Shown here: positions 48,491-63,619 of the stretch, piece by piece
Numbering within the stretch: position 1 is the stretch's first letter
How the letters are laid out: every line of letters begins with the position of its first letter
Source of the DNA: Camelus dromedarius
Lineage: Eukaryota
Length of the DNA stretch: 64,000 nucleotides
Reading direction: 5' to 3'
Assembly: GCF_036321535.1 (NCBI RefSeq)
Contig: NC_087447.1
Span: 37,760,001-37,824,000 of the forward strand
The notes under the pieces: model-generated
Told to the model about the DNA's origin: nothing
Databases searched by the model: none
Seen by the model: the letters and a program-made list of their open reading frames with translations, nothing else
Program-made: the position numbers and the translations under genes

Positions 48491-51400
48491 CCTAATAACA
48501 ACCCCATGAAGTAGACACTGTTTTTTTTCCTATCCATTTGAATAAAAACAAGGATGGAAAAGTTAAGTAGTAGCCCAATGTCACATCTAGTAAGTTTGAG
48601 GGCAGGATTTAAGCATAGACAGTCTGACACCAGAACCCACATTTTAAATATTTATGTTTATTTGCCTCTCTCATAGCAATATGAATGTTAAAGGAGAAGC
48701 AGGAAGCTCTTGATAAATTGTCTCCTGAGCTCAACCATGTCAAAAAGGCACAGAGAGCAGAGTGAACTATAGGCAGCCCCAACCACCTCCTCTAGGTACT
48801 CAGCCATAATTGCTACAGAAGGCTCTTGGGGGACCAAATTAACTTCTTTATGAACTATCACAATCCTTTGATCATCTCTTTTCATCCCTTCAGTATATCT
48901 GAAGACCATGGTAGCACCTTAGAACTTTTCAGAGAGGGTGCCTCCAGTCCCAAGACCAGAGCCCAGTCTCTTCTTAGTTGACTCCCTCTCTGCACTCGGT
49001 AGAAAACATAGTTCAGAGGTGATATGTGTCTTCCAGAATTGAATGAATGAATGAATGAACTCAGGTACATGAGTCAGAGTTAACCAAAAGTCTTGACCTA
49101 AGGGCAACAAATGTGATATTCCAACTGAAACCAGGTACCGATCCTGAGAAGGCAGAGATGATATGCAAATTTCTGTCTAGAGATGGACAGTGCTTAGAAT
49201 AGTGCCTGGCACATAGCAGCCACTCAGCATATATTTGTTAAATGAATAATGGTGGTGTAACAACTGTTTTTGCTTTTTCGTTAGTTTGTATCGTTTATCC
49301 ATCATTGCCACTGCCTTGTTAGATCATAGAAGTGTTTAGATGTCCAAGTTTGTGATCTGGAATTAGGGAAAACTACATTGTTCTGCATAATAGAAGGATA
49401 AAAAATTAACGTTCCCTTCCGGCAGTCTGGAAGCAATGAGTAAAGGAAGAAAGAGGAAACAATCGAAGCCCCAGAACTTACAGGGGTGAGGAGCAAGGGA
49501 GAAACTCTTCTTGGTAGTTAGGGGGTGAGGTGACACACAAAAATTTTTTTTTAAAAGCCAGAAATGCCTGATATGAAATAGCTTATTTACCTGTCAAGCT
49601 ATGATGTGACTTCTCCCTTTAACCCCATATCCTTAATAAAATTGATTATACTCTTTTCTGTTTTGTTGGACTGGATGTTTTTGAGGAAATCAAGGAAGGA
49701 TTTGAGTTTTATCACAGAGTCATTGTGAGATAGAATCAAAGACAGCACATATAGAAGCTGGAACTGAGAGATGACAAGACATGAAATAAGGAGATGAGCA
49801 GACTCCCTTGTAAGGTGTTATAAGGGGTTGGTAGACTTCAGCTCACATCTAGGCTACACGAGCATCGGGCCAGCCACTCAGTGAAAGATTTCTCCAGATT
49901 ACTGTCTTCCATTCAGTAGAAATGGGAGTCCTCCTCTACTTTTCTCTCCTGTGAGATCCCGCTGGGAGTTATTCACTGAAGAATTTTCTATTAACCCTCT
50001 TGAACTCACTGTGCCTGCCCCCAACTCATCTGTGACTCACAAGTAGCTCACAGCAAAAGAAATCCAGTAGAGGGCAAAGCTCTCACCTTACCTTCCTTAT
50101 TAAGAACTTCCATGTTCTCATGTGTCACTTGGCAAATGAGATTGTCAATTAGTCGCCTCATCTGGGGTTCTCATTTTCCTTTCTGCCAGCTACACTCAAC
50201 CTTCAGCCCACACAATGGAAGTCAACAAAATGAGGTAACAGGTTTCTATGTGAGTCACTGTGGATGACTCTGTGTTCAGAGAGCACTGTGGGGTGAGTAG
50301 CCAGAGTCCAGCAAATATTTCAGCCATCCAAGAACTGGCATGCAGCCCAAGAAACACTCTCACCTGATGACAGGCTAGTGGGATGAGTCCTGGAGGAAAT
50401 GGTTCTCAATAGCCAGAGAAAGAGTCTCTTGGCTCATGCACAGCAATGCTCTTCTCGATTAAAAATGTTGTCATCATTCACGCTGCAATGTAAAATTCTT
50501 TTTACATTGTGCTCACATTTCTACAGGCTTCCATCTACTCTGCATATTAAAGACAGGACCCTTCCATGAAAAGGTGACATCTTTAAGTTACTATTCCACC
50601 CAAACAGCCCTATATAACGGACAGAAAAATGGTTTACTGTCCTTCAAAGGGCAAATGCAAGGAGGGAGATTTCCATGAGCTATTTCTCTTTGCTGAGCAC
50701 TCAGGGAAAAATTATAAGTGGTTGGAAGAAGGCTTTGTTTTCTAAAAGACTTTCATTTATTCCCGAGAAATCCCTCTGCTTATTCCCGGAGAGAGGTCAT
50801 CTCTTAGATGCTGTCAGTCAGACAGGGATCAGCAGCCAAGGAGAGGTGCTCAGAGAGATTTCCAACTAATGCAGCCAGAGGAGAACTGCCAAAGAAGCAA
50901 GGCTCCTTAGGATAAATAAATTGAAGGATATTTGGGGGATAAAAATAAATCCTTTTTGAAAATGAAAGATGGAGGAATGCTGTATATATACAAATTGCCC
51001 TGTACATCAAATTCTGAACAATGATGTCGCCAGGGCTGGCTGTGCAGATCAATGATGCAAACAGAAGTCTTCTCAGATGTGCTTGCTGGCCTTTTCCTCC
51101 AAAGGTATCTATCTTGTCTCCATCTCATTTTCATAGGACTTGCCACTGGGGGCTCATAAAGATTTCACTTTGGTCATAATCCTGGTGGACTTGGGCTGGG
51201 ACCTTTGGGATTGATTTTTATATAGGGATTGGAGGAATACAACCTAAATACAGAGACTGGCAGAGGAGAACTAGGTTGTCCAGTCTAGCAGTGTCCGAGA
51301 GGACAGATTCTTAATTCCAGAAGCAATCAGCACTGAGTGTCAGACTTCATTGGTGAAACAGAGTGATCAGGACTCCACAAGGCAGGGAATCACTTCAAGA

Positions 51401-52204
51401 GTCTGAAATGCTTCAATTCATAGGTTATGGCTCTCACCCCAATACCCAACAAGAAAAATTGGAGAAACTGGAAGCCAAAATCCCTCCTTCTACTCTAAAG
51501 GTGCTAAAATGGCATAGAGAGCTAGGCAGCTGATTCATGGAGACCAACACAGGATTTCAAGACTTAAGCGTCAGGTCATAAGAGAAGTAGGGAGAGCACT
51601 AACTGGAGAGCACTAGATGAAACATGACTAATGCTAATATAACATGCTAATAGTTATAACTACTAGCAAAAAAAAAAAAAAAAAAAAAACTGATGGTCTC
51701 CAGGGAGAGGATCTAAAAGGACCCCAATTGGAGCTGAGCAGATGGCAAGTGGTTTGAGGAGCATGACAATTCCAGGCCCTCTAAGGTGGTAGGATAAATT
51801 AAGATAAGATAAATTCTGCCATAGTGAGACTATCCTTGCACGGAAGGCTCAAAATTAAAACAGGCAGACAGGAAGTACAAGACAGGGGCTGGCAATGGTT
51901 TTGTTGCAATTCTTAAAGAACTCTAGAACAAAACCCAAGAGACCCAAAAGACTAGAGGCTGTGGTTGAATTTTAGATTGTTAAATAGGCAGTCAGGAGTT
52001 TTTGTAAGTTTCGTCCACCATTCCCTGTTCTATCCCCAATTTCACCCATTCTGTCTACCAATAATGCACCTTCCTCTCTGGGCTTCACAAAGTAACATGT
52101 GTGTGTTCAGTTTGGAACAGGTAGTTCAACAGCAAAGCCAGAAGACAGCCTGACTCAGTTATTTCTCAGGGCATGCAGTTCCTTTTGAGTTAGGGCCACT
52201 TATA

Positions 52205-52280
<76 letters not shown>
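52205..52280 (+). repeat. Perfect (AAT)25 microsatellite at the edge of a MIR
   Basis: Read directly; MIR-like sequence follows at ~52320-52480. Confidence 0.95.
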
Positions 52281-55200
52281 GCAATAGAAAACAAAATTAT
52301 TTCATAATTTCATACCTCCAAACTAAGTGCTAGCATTTGTTAGTACTAATCTTCACAGCATGTGTTGTCTATTTTATTAATCTTCACAGCAACCCCATGA
52401 CCTATTACTGGCCCCATTTTACAGATGAACAAATTGAGACTCATTAAGCAATTTTCCCAAGGTTAAATGGCTGATAATTGGATGTGACATATAAAGAAAA
52501 CTGGTTCATTCAACACGCACTCTAATTCATCTCTAGTATAACACACATCACTGGGGCTAGAAAATTAGAAACGGCATTACCCAGGCACCCTTGAAACTGG
52601 GCTGCACGTGCAGCCTAGGTTCTCACAAGCAACACCTGGAGGCAGAAGTGACTAGGAGGAGCCTCCCTGTGTGGAGATTGTACTTCATGTGTTTCTTCGG
52701 GAGCAGCTGTGTGAGGAGTTCACTTTCTGGTCCCCAATGTCACAGGTGCAGCAGCAGTAGAGGCAGTGGGGTCCCCTGGAACAGTCCTGTGATGTGCTTG
52801 AATGTTTCCCCAGGCTATTGTTAACTATGCAGTAACCAGGCATGGTTCCTTGGCCTTCCCAGTGTCTTTAACATGCCTAGTCTCCAGTAACAAACACTTG
52901 TTTGCTTAGAGCTAGAGTGAATTTTGTTGTCTACAAATAAAAGCCCTGAAAACTCACATGACAGCTAAGAGCCCAGCACTTATGTTTTATTGAGAGACAG
53001 GGACAATCTTAAATAAAGGAGATTCTTTCACAAAACACTTAATCCAACTTTAATCACTTAAACCTCTGAGAACTCTAAAACATTCCACATCTAGCTAACC
53101 CCTACACAGTTTTTCCTCATGTATCACACACAGGTCCTCCCACAAGGAAGCGCACCCTGATGGCCATCCTGCCTGTCATTTAGCCCCAAGGCTCCCTACA
53201 GTTCCCCTACCCCAGCAGTCACTACTGTAACTGCTTATTTCCGTGTCCATAACTCCTATTAAACTGTGAGGTCTGAGAGGCCAGGGTCCAGACACATCTT
53301 ACTCCCCTCTGTGTTCCCAGCATTTGCAACACCCCCTGGCAGAAAGGGAGCACTCAATGAATATGGGTTGAATTCTGAACCTCTGCCCCAAATAAATAAA
53401 TATAGAAATATGTGAGGTAATGGGTGTGTGAATTAACTAGTGGAGGAACTTCTTTCACAATGTATATTTATATCATATCACTATGATGTACACTGTAAAT
53501 ATCTAATAATTTTATGTGCCAATTATAACTCAGTAAAGCTGAAAAATATAAATAATAAATTAAATAGGTAAATAAGTGTTAAATAGATGAATTGTGGAAG
53601 CAACACCCATGGTGGTGGCACATGGCAAAGGGTGTTTCTCAGGCATTTGAAGGGAAGTATATCCAAAGCCCCACCTCCTGTATCGCATAAATCTGTTGCT
53701 GACAGACTCTCTGCTTCAGGGATGGAACATCAGGCAACTGCGAGCAGACAGACTTAGAGTCCTCGTTAACAAGAGGGTTAGCGTCAAGAAGTGCCAAGGA
53801 ACACACAGTTTAGGAAGCTCAGTCTAGGTGACAGAGCACGGGGTGGAGATTTCTAACCTAGTTAGTAAAGCAAGAAGGGTTAGAAAGGATCTACAATTCT
53901 TACAGTTCTGGTTAATGGCTTCATCAGTTCCCTAATAGGAAGGTGTTTGTGGTTAGCCCCAATACACACTGTATGAGTGCCTAAAAAGTCTGTGCAACAA
54001 GGCAATATTGGAAGTATACATAGTGTGTGTTATTTATAATATAAACTACATACAATACATATTATAAGGCATATACATAATAAACATATAAGCAAATTCT
54101 AAATAGCTTCCATTTTTTATACAGTTCATCCTTGCCATCCTTGCCTTGTCTTTATTAAGACAAATGGCTTTTTTAAAAAACCTTTCAAATTGTGGTTAAG
54201 GAGTTAATGAGGTAAAATTAACTAAGATCTTAGTTCCTGCGCCAGTGGTCTGACTGAGTTGACTAGGCAGGCATCCCTTTCCATAGCCATACACATCCTC
54301 ACCTCTGAAAGAATAGTGAAGATCTCCATTTAATATGATTTATTGTAGTTGACTGGTACTGTTTAACAATGATTAGTGGTTTTTGTTATATCGATATATG
54401 AATTCTTGAAGGATATAACTTACTAGTGTGGGGTGAATTTCGTAAAATGATAATTCAAGCATGTAAAATATTGATTGAGAAAACTAATTTATCAATGCTG
54501 ATAAGAAATCTTAATATCTTAGCTAGCTGTAATATAGGATTCCTTGGTTTAAAAAAAAAGAAAAAGAAAGAACAAACAAAAAATTTTTCCTATATTTCCA
54601 AACACCATCAATGTATCTCTAGACCTCCTTGGATTTCCTCTTATCTTCTACCATGGCCCCAGCCCCACTCTTCCCCACAAATTAAACATAAAATGTGCCT
54701 ACTGAACATATAATCTGAGCTAGTTGGTATTCCTTCTTGTTTTAAGTTCAAAATTAAGCAGCTCTGAATTATAAAAAGGCATAAGAATTCAAATGCCTTG
54801 TTCTAGCTAAGAAGAATGGTTTAAATGTTTGTGTGTTCAAATTTTTTAAAAAATGAAGTGTGCAAGAAAGGATAAAAATCATTTCCAGTAGGTTGAGATT
54901 TAAGTTATAGAAATGAACCAGGTAATTAAATTAAATGTCAGAAATATTGAGGGTTTTTTTTTTCATTTTCTTGCTAATATGTACACTTTGTGAGAAGCTA
55001 ATTACATAGACAAGTGCGGTAATTTGTCTTCTGGATCCATCAGACACTGGAGATGGCTTTGCAAAAACTGTAAAGCTTCTAAAGCCAAATTGCCCAGAGT
55101 CTTTTCTGCAGCAGGCACTTTACTAGGTGCCCTAGGGAAAGCAAGAAGTATAAATGTTTTATAAGAATTCAAGCTGGAAATGTATTCTTGATTACTCTTG

Positions 55201-55294
55201 TGGAATTTTCCAGGCAAAGAAGGGTCCAGTAGGGTATTAGTTTGAGGAAAATCACTATTTTCTGAGCACACCCAGAGCAGGCTCAGTTTATGCA

Positions 55295-56350
55295 ATATCC
55301 CAGATCCTTACGGCCATACCTATTTTTCATTGCTTGTGCCCCAACCAAGCAGCCTTGACACAATTCCCGTGATCACAGAGCAGATCACTGAAGCTGCCCT
55401 TTGCCCCCACTACACACACAGGTCAAGTGCCCCCAGACACAGGGTTCATAGAGAAGGAGGGACCTACAGAAGCTCTGCTTCCCCCAACAGCTACCTGGAG
55501 AGACGAGGCAACACAACCCAGAAGTGCAGGAGAAGTAATTTCTCCTGGGATGGGCTTAAACCCATGGGAGAAGATAGAAAGAAGTAAACACATTTATCCC
55601 CCTTTCCCCTTTCCTCCTCCACCCCCATCCAGTCCCCACACCATGGACTGTTTCAAAGGTGCCGTAAGATATTACTTGGCCTCTCTGAAGACATCCCATG
55701 AGGCCAAGTAATTCAGCAATTATTTATCCACAAGGTGGTGGGCAACTCAGTCACATATCCCCGTGTGTTTGTTCTCCCTCTTTCCCTTGCCTCACTTCCT
55801 ATTTCTCTTAACTTCTAATTATCTGGGATGAAACTCTCTTCTAAAATGTTAGAATGTAAGTTTTTTGCCTCAGATACCATTTTCTGAGAAATCCACGCTG
55901 GGACAGTCTCAGCAGTGGCCCCGGGGAAGCAGAACTCACAAGGGGATTTGGAATTGGATTATTCACTGATCTGAAGGCAAAAGGACTCCACGTGGTGGGA
56001 AACAGGGTGGTGATGAGCCCTGGCATGCAGGCCATCAAAATTACTGAGGCTGTCTTCCACCTGTGGTTAACCAAGATACAGAACGGCAAGAAATTGGATA
56101 GTGAGATTATCAAATGTCTATTTCACTTGATTGGTATAATCTTACAGGGTTAACCTGTTTTAGGGTCCAGAGAACACTCCATACACCCTACAGGGGGTAC
56201 TTAATTTGTCCTTACCACAACTGATGCATTCTATGGAGATGAGTTTGCCTTCCCTGCTCAGCACCACTTCTCATGAACTTAAGAATGCCTGATCTATTGA
56301 TATTATGTCCCACACAACATTGCCTGGGAAAAAGATATTCGTGTTACCTC
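55295..56350 (+). mobile_element. ERVL-class LTR with adjoining degenerate internal sequence
   Basis: LTR-like 3' end tttttgcctcagataccattttctgagaaatccacgctgggaca followed by gcagtggcccc...; pol-like remnant tttgccttccctgctcagcacc at ~56240. Confidence 0.5.
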
Positions 56351-58911
56351 AAAGCAGGTGCAGCAATTGGCTTTCCACATACCCATCCCCAGAAGTATCC
56401 AGTTTACAGAACAGTGGAGTGGCTTTTTGAAGCCTCAGATAAGGCACCATCACAGGGACATTCTGCCAAGTTGGGTGCTGATCTCCAGAATGCAACAAAC
56501 ACATGTATTCAACCAATCATTTAAATACTGTGCTGTGTCCTCATTAGCTGGAAAATGCAGCTAAGAGGTGGACTAGCTACTTGGACTTTCAGAAAGACAA
56601 CTGGTTAAACAGCAAAATCTGAAGGGTACTGATTAAATGACAGCAAGTGGCAGAGAAATTTGTGGTGACAAACCCTAAAGGTGTCATGAGCATTTGGATC
56701 AATGATTTCAGTACTGAACAACTTATTCAACAGAAATGTTTAAGTATTCAGAGGACTTGCTAGTTCTCAAAGGGATGGACATTTATCACCAGATAACAGA
56801 TGATGTTAGCCCCAGAATGAACTTTAGCTTGACATTTTGGATAGAGTATGCTGAACAACCTGAGATCTGGGGCTTCAGTCAATGTGCTTATATTTAAGGA
56901 TATTTTGGGCACTCCAATTTTTGTCTACTTGAAAGATGTATTCTTGATTTCTGTCTTTTCGTGCTTTAAAAACTTCACTGTTTCGTCATTTGAGGAATTA
57001 TTATTTTGTAAAGTTATTTTATGTCAATAATACATAGGACATCACTGACATCTTTACTTAGAGAAAATTTATGGATGTTTCTCCTATAAATTCCTAGGTT
57101 ATCTGAAAGATGGTCTCTGGCAAGAGTTATAAGGGTAAAAAAACATAAATCTAGTAACAACAGAGAACAAGTGAAGTTGTTTAAAATAAAAGGAGAATTT
57201 GAAAAGTATTACTAGTAAACATTCACTAATGAAATATTCATAAAGACAGCTGTTCTAAGGACAAAGGTCTGTTTAAAGTTAGAGGATTATATTAATGTAT
57301 GCAGTTCAATGAAACTTGTACCCCGAAGAATTATAGAAACTAAACCTACGATAAGATTCTGTTAACAGAAAGGAAGACATTTTAAAAGACCCAACAAAAA
57401 GAGTGAATCAAGAACACCTGTATTAAACAGGTTAGTAGCCAGAAAACTACCAGGATGTCTAATCTGTAATATGAATGAATGAAACACCTTCTACTTAACT
57501 TGCCTCAAAGTTTTCAGCCAGAATCGTTTCCCAGAACAGTTTCTGGTATTTACTATGTGCTCAGTTATTAACTATGCTTGGACAGACGGGTCCTTTTGGG
57601 CTTAGTATTCTAACTGTATTGTGTATAACCTTCCACTCAGCGGAGGAATAACTATTCACACTTTTGAAAGCTGCTGAAAACCTTCACTGGCTCTTCGTAT
57701 TAAAATGTGTCACCTTTAAACTAGGCTGTCGCAGACTCTGGAGAGGTGGGTCATTGCGTATGAAGAAATTACCAGAGATCCTGAAAATATAATTCTACTT
57801 TGTGTCCTGTAGCATCCTGGCACAGTTACTGTGTACACTGCCAAATATTCTATTCATGGGGCAGAACTGTTCTTTGGGCTTGGCAGGGGCAGATAGCTCT
57901 GTATCTGTGAAGATGACACAATAATGGCTGGCAGGTGGCAGCTGACATGCCCATTCAGACTTGTCAAGTGAAAAGATATGGGAGACATGCATACACCAGC
58001 TGGAACTTCAAGCAAGGCTTCACTGTGGTCAGTAGACCTACACACCATACAGAGTACAGATGTACAGGTATAGTCTCTATATACAGGCTTTAATTCTAAG
58101 CTTTGAAGTCCAGAAACTCATTTTTTTTTTCATGCACTCAGAATTGACAAGGTTTGGGGAGCTGACCCCAACCCCCATGAATTAAACTCACCATAGGCTG
58201 ATGTATGTAATTTACAGTGAAAGTTATGTCTTCCTCTTTCCATGGACCAGAATTTCATGTCACTCTCTGGAGCTCATTCTTCCTCATTAAGATACCTGAG
58301 AAATTAAATTAGTTATCGGAATCTTTCTTAGTCAGCAGAGAAAAACTGAAGTGCAAGAAATTTGATACCCACCAGGGATATTTCATCTCATCACTGGCAA
58401 AGCCTGGTAAGATCCTGCTCTACAAAAAAAGATTAATTCATTGATCAAAATCCTCTCCTACATACAGTCTTTGTCCTCCTTGGATAATGCTGAACCAACA
58501 CTGACAAATTCTTATCTTCCACTTTTCCTTTTTATAGACTTCATGTGGGATAATCCTACAAAACACAACTTCAAACAGACTGCAAAGTTTATGTTTATTT
58601 ATGCAAATATTTATTTATTGCAATAGTCTGTTTTCTCCCCCCACCCAGAAAATCAGGGTAATATTATTAGTCAAAATCACAATACTTGGTGATAAGTAAG
58701 TGGTGGTTGTGTGATAGGGTAAATTCTTAAATAATCCTGAGTGCAAGGTAGAACAGGTTTTTTTAATTACTTAGGTAGGTTGGGGAGAGGGGAAAGATGA
58801 GTTAATGAGACAGTCAATTAGTTCTTCAGTGGAGGAATAAACAGATTCGAGAAGTCATATGTCTTTCGGATTTGTCGCTATATTCTCCCACATCTTTTGA
58901 CACTCAAAATG

Positions 58912-59300
58912 CTGTTAATACTGAACGTTTGTGTCCCTCCCCCCCAAAAAAATTCATATGTTGAAGCCCTAACTCCCAATGTGTTGGTACTGATGGTGGC
59001 GCCTTTGGGAAGAATTAGGTTTAGATGAGGTCATGAGCATGGGGCCTCCACGATGGGATTTGTGTCCTTATAGAAAAGAGACCAGTGCTTTCTCTTTCCA
59101 CATACTAAGAGGTCGTGTGAGCACACAGCAAGATGATGCCTACCTAAAAGCCAAGAGAAAAGGCATTGGAATGAAATCTACATGGCCAGCAGCTTGATCT
59201 TGAACTTCCCAGCCCCCAGGACTGTGAGAAATAAATTTTTACTGTTTAAGCCACCCAGTCTATGTTATTTGATTATGACCGCCTGTACAGACTAAGACAA
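58912..59300 (+). mobile_element. MaLR LTR (MLT1A/B-like)
   Basis: tgttaatactgaacgtttgtgtccctcccc...aattcatatgttgaagccctaactcccaatgtg...gtttaagccacccagtctatg...gactaagaca. Confidence 0.88.
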
Positions 59301-60973
59301 ATGCCACCTGCAATAAGATCACACACATTGTTTCATCCACCTTCCCTGAGTGGTTTTTGCAGTATTTTTTGCTGGCCCCTCTGGAACAAGCAGATCAATT
59401 TTTAACCACTATTCCTTGGCATGGTGAGTTGGGGGAGGGTAATGTTTAAATCCACCAATAAGTAACTGCAAATCTCTTTAATGGCATCTTGGAAATCTTC
59501 CAAGGAGACACACAAATGCCCTGGGTTCATTTATAGATCATAATTTGTAATTTGTCTCCAGGGTTTTTAAAAAGAAGTGTGTATTTATATTCAGACTGAT
59601 GGTCCAGCATCTTTAACCCTGACTAAATAGGTTTGGGACAATGTATAGGCTACTAAAATTCCTGTGGTGGACATATTTCCTGAAAGCCTCTCTGAGCTCA
59701 CCACTTTCAAGGGCTTCACGAAGTAAATCATTGGCCCTATGGAAATGTCATCAAAAAGACCATCCCACAGATAGGTCTGTGGGAACCTGTGCTGCAGCTG
59801 AAATGTGAGATTATTGTTTCTGTGATCCCATGACAGGTACTTGCTTCCTAAAATGTGCTGGGAATTTTGCAGGACTCTTTACCTCCTTTAATGTCTAAAG
59901 CAAGCTACTGCAGTAGGTAGTATAATATCTACTTTATAGCTTGAAATATCCAAGCTGAAAGACATTAATTAACTTTCCAAAGATATACATTTAGTACAGG
60001 CTAAAGTCAAGATAGGAACTCTTAATCGTTACATTCCATTTCCATTCCCTCTTCACCAAATCTACATGCTTCGTAAATCAACGAAAGGTTTAAAACATTA
60101 TGGAAGGAGCCAACTGATTATGTGCTAAAAATATCCATTAAATCCAAGCGCTACCTCAGCACTACTAATTAACAGAAAACCTTCCCAGCAAATAAGGATC
60201 TTCCTCCACCTACTCACTTGGAACTACTTGAAAAGACCTCTATAAAAAGGGTGAGGGCATTTTGGAAGCAGGTCTATTTCAGTGCCCAAGAAAACCCAAA
60301 ACGTGGTGTTAGAAAGAGTTGCTTGATCCTTCTCTAAAACTTTGAATTTGTAATCAACCCGAGAAAGAGATTGCAATAGCTCTCTACATCAATCTCAAAA
60401 TATCACTCTTCCTATTTTTAAAAACTTTTTAAGATTATCCCAAGTCTACAGTGTGGTGTAGCATCTGGTATAGCACATGCTGGTATGTCCTTTTTGGAAA
60501 TCAAATTGTGGTTACTGGCTCTCTGCATGCACCTCAATGGTTCAGATCTCCGAGGACCGCTTCATTCCACCCTTATGTCAACAGCAGTAGCACAGGATGA
60601 ATTTGTGGGGGCCCTTTTTCAAACTTGTGGAAATATCTTGGCCTATGGACAGTTGTGGAGGAACTATTATCCCCACAATAATAAATCAAAGACTAACTAA
60701 CAATTACAAAAGCATCATCATTATATCCTATTTCTGACCTAAAATGAATACAGTATCCAAAATAATTAAGAGATAAGCAGTCATTTAGCAATATGCTTAC
60801 ACATCACCTTAGAAATTTGTCAGAGGAGCCAGATGGCCCAGGTTTCTTTCTAAAAGCTCACCAAGGAAACTTGAGAAGATACCTTTCCCCAACCCAGGGC
60901 AAGTGGCTTGAAGCAAGAGGAAATATTCACAATCTTTCTAATGATAACAGAGAGCTGGGCTGAGCATTAACTC

Positions 60974-61552
60974 TTTTTTTTTTTAACACTTTTATTGTGG
61001 TATGGTTCCTGTATAGTAAACTACACATATTTCATACGTACAATTTGATGAATTTTGATAGATGTATACACCCATGAAACCACCACCACAATCAAGGTAG
61101 CTAACATTTCCATCACTCCCCAAGAGGCGCAATTTTTGAATTCCCAACTTATCCCTTCCTACCCACTTTAACCCCTGGTAACCATAAGTTTGTTCTCTAT
61201 GTCTGTGAGTCCATTTCTTTTTTGTAGACAAGTTCATTTGTGTCCTTTCTCTTAGATTTCACATATAAGAGATATCATAAGGCATTTTTCTTTCTTTCTG
61301 GCTTACTTCACTTAGAATGATGATCTCCAGGTCCATCCATGTTGCTGTAAATGGCATTATTTTATTCTTTTTTATGGCTGAGTACTATTCTATTGTATAT
61401 TTTGTGTGTGTGTGTGTATGTGTGTGTCTGTGTCTGTGTGTGTGTATCTCTCACATCTTCTTTATCCAGTCATCTGTCAATGGACATTTAGGTTGTTTCC
61501 ATGTCTTAGATATTGTAAATCATGCTGCTGTGAACATTGGGGTTCATGTGTT
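60974..61552 (-). mobile_element. L1 3'-end fragments (probably two subfamilies joined)
   Basis: T-tail then tacaatttgatgaattttgatagatgtatacacccatgaaacc; then ggtaaccataagtttgttctctatgtctgtgagtcc...ccatccatgttgctgtaaatggcatta. Confidence 0.85.
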
Positions 61553-62179
61553 AAAGTCTTAAATTTAATGAATCTAACATTTAAATTAGATGTAAATATA
61601 TACCATTTCTCTGTTTCTCTTCTCTTCAGCTCCCCTCCAAATTTCCTTCTTCCTTCTCTTCCCCCACTAATTTGCCCCTCTCCATCACGAAAAATCAGCT
61701 TCCTTCTTCCCAAACAGCAGCATATAGAGTACAAAAGAAAACTCATAAGTTAGGAAAACATTAAAAATAAAGTGTGATTTTCAACACAAATCAATTCTCT
61801 TGTAAGCCCTGCTCTACAATGTCTGAACTTGAATTCTCACTTTGATTTTCATTTATGATTTCACCCATGTAACTCATGCTTCACAGATTCTTTATCTGCT
61901 AACAGACAACTTCCTCTACCTTCAATAAGGTCTGCCCTGAGCATGGTAGTGCTAGGACTCTCGGGTGGAGTATTTCTCATGAATGCTCACAAATAAGACA
62001 TATTAGTCACCACTGGGCATCCACCACCACTCCCCTATGGCACCAACTTGGTGATGTCTATTGCTACAGCCAACACCCACAGATGAGCCTCATCCAGTGG
62101 CATCATCACCTTCTATCTGACCAGCTGCTCTTTGGAGAACAATGTCTGCTCCATTTTTCAGTCCACAGGTAGCTTGAAG

Positions 62180-62630
62180 AACTGATATCACATCTAAGTT
62201 ATAGAGGAAGCATGCAACCCAGGCCCGACCAACAGGAGCCCCATCCCTCTGAAAATAGTGATTGCTTCAGAGATGGACATGTGACTTAAGCCAGTACAAT
62301 GAGAACCATGCCTGGGAGTTTGCCTGGAGCCACTGGGGAAATGGTGCTCTTTTTCTTTTGGGATCATTAGCTGAAAAGAAAATATGTGCCTGAGGCTACT
62401 GGCTTACATCTCTGCCACCACACTAGGAAAAAAAATCTGCCAAGAAATGAGCTAACATAAAGGGAAGCAGAGTCAAATAGAGAAACAGAGTCAATCCAAT
62501 GGCATTGCTTCAAACCTGGATCCAGCCATACCTGAAGGCATGGATGTCTTCAACTTTCCAGGTAGTCAATAAACCTTTCCCTTTAAATTACTCTGTCACT
62601 TATAAACAAAAGGACTCCTCACTAACACAC
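62180..62630 (+). mobile_element. Old MaLR LTR (MLT1J/K-like)
   Basis: gtgattgcttcagagatggacatgtgacttaagccag...cctggatccagccatacctgaag...ctctgtcacttataaacaaaaggactcctcactaacaca. Confidence 0.65.
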
Positions 62631-63619
62631 TTAAATGACTGTATCACTTTTGGCTTGTAAAGTCTGAAATCTAATACAGAACAAGAACTTTCCTAACACA
62701 TTTTAGAAAAAATTTACTCTATTTTGAGATCAAAATAACTTTCTTAAATATCTCTCCCACTCCCAAATTTCCCTCTATTTGAGATTCTGCCCTAGATCAA
62801 GAATGATTCCTCTTACCCAGACCTGACTACACTTTGATCTGTTAAATTGCTTTGAGATGGAAATCTCAGGACGCTATAAAAAAAAAAATACCCTACAGAG
62901 GGTTTCAAGTGCCCTTTTATTCCATATTAAGTATAATGTTCAATAATCCTTTTGTATCACCTTCTTCATATTCAGCACACTGCCTAGGGACAAAAAATGT
63001 CAATTATTCAAGAAGCCTAAACCCCAAGCTGATTTGCTCATTCATGCTGAGGACAAATAACACTGGGTGGAGGGTCTGAAGCCTACAACTGAACCTCTAC
63101 AGGAAATTTCTGAGTCATTTCCATAGCATGGTAAAAGCGGTGCTCTGACCTTTTATTAAATTCCCTTAGATCGAAAGCAGAAGATAAATTCTACCCATAA
63201 ACTCTCCTAAATTTAATCCCATCGAAACCTTGTTTGGTTGAAACTCCTATTAGGGGAATCCAATTTGATCTTACACAAAGGGACTCACTTCCCCTAAAAA
63301 TATTAAGGCAACCATTCCCAGTCCTCCTCAGAATCACCTAGGGCATGTTGTGGTTGTTTTAATACTTTCAAAAAATGAATTTGACAAACTGACAACTCTT
63401 TTGGCTGGGGAAGGGATGGATTCTTTTGGGTTTTCATTCGTTTGGACTTAAAAAAAAATAACTTTAGTCTTACAAGAGGTTGCAGAAATAATACAGAGAA
63501 TTCCCTTATTCTCTTCACCAGCTTCCCCCAGTGACCAAATGAGGGCATTAACATCAGTGCAATACTATTAACTAAGCTACAGACCTTATTCAATTTCACC
63601 AGTTTGTTACATGTACTCA

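Noticed and set aside
52205..52280. Regular repeats as a possible CRISPR-like array
   Set aside because: Simple microsatellite without spacers in a mammalian genome
59764..59783. 8-bp hairpin cccacaga-tagg-tctgtggg
   Set aside because: Short enough to arise by chance in 64 kb; no supporting context
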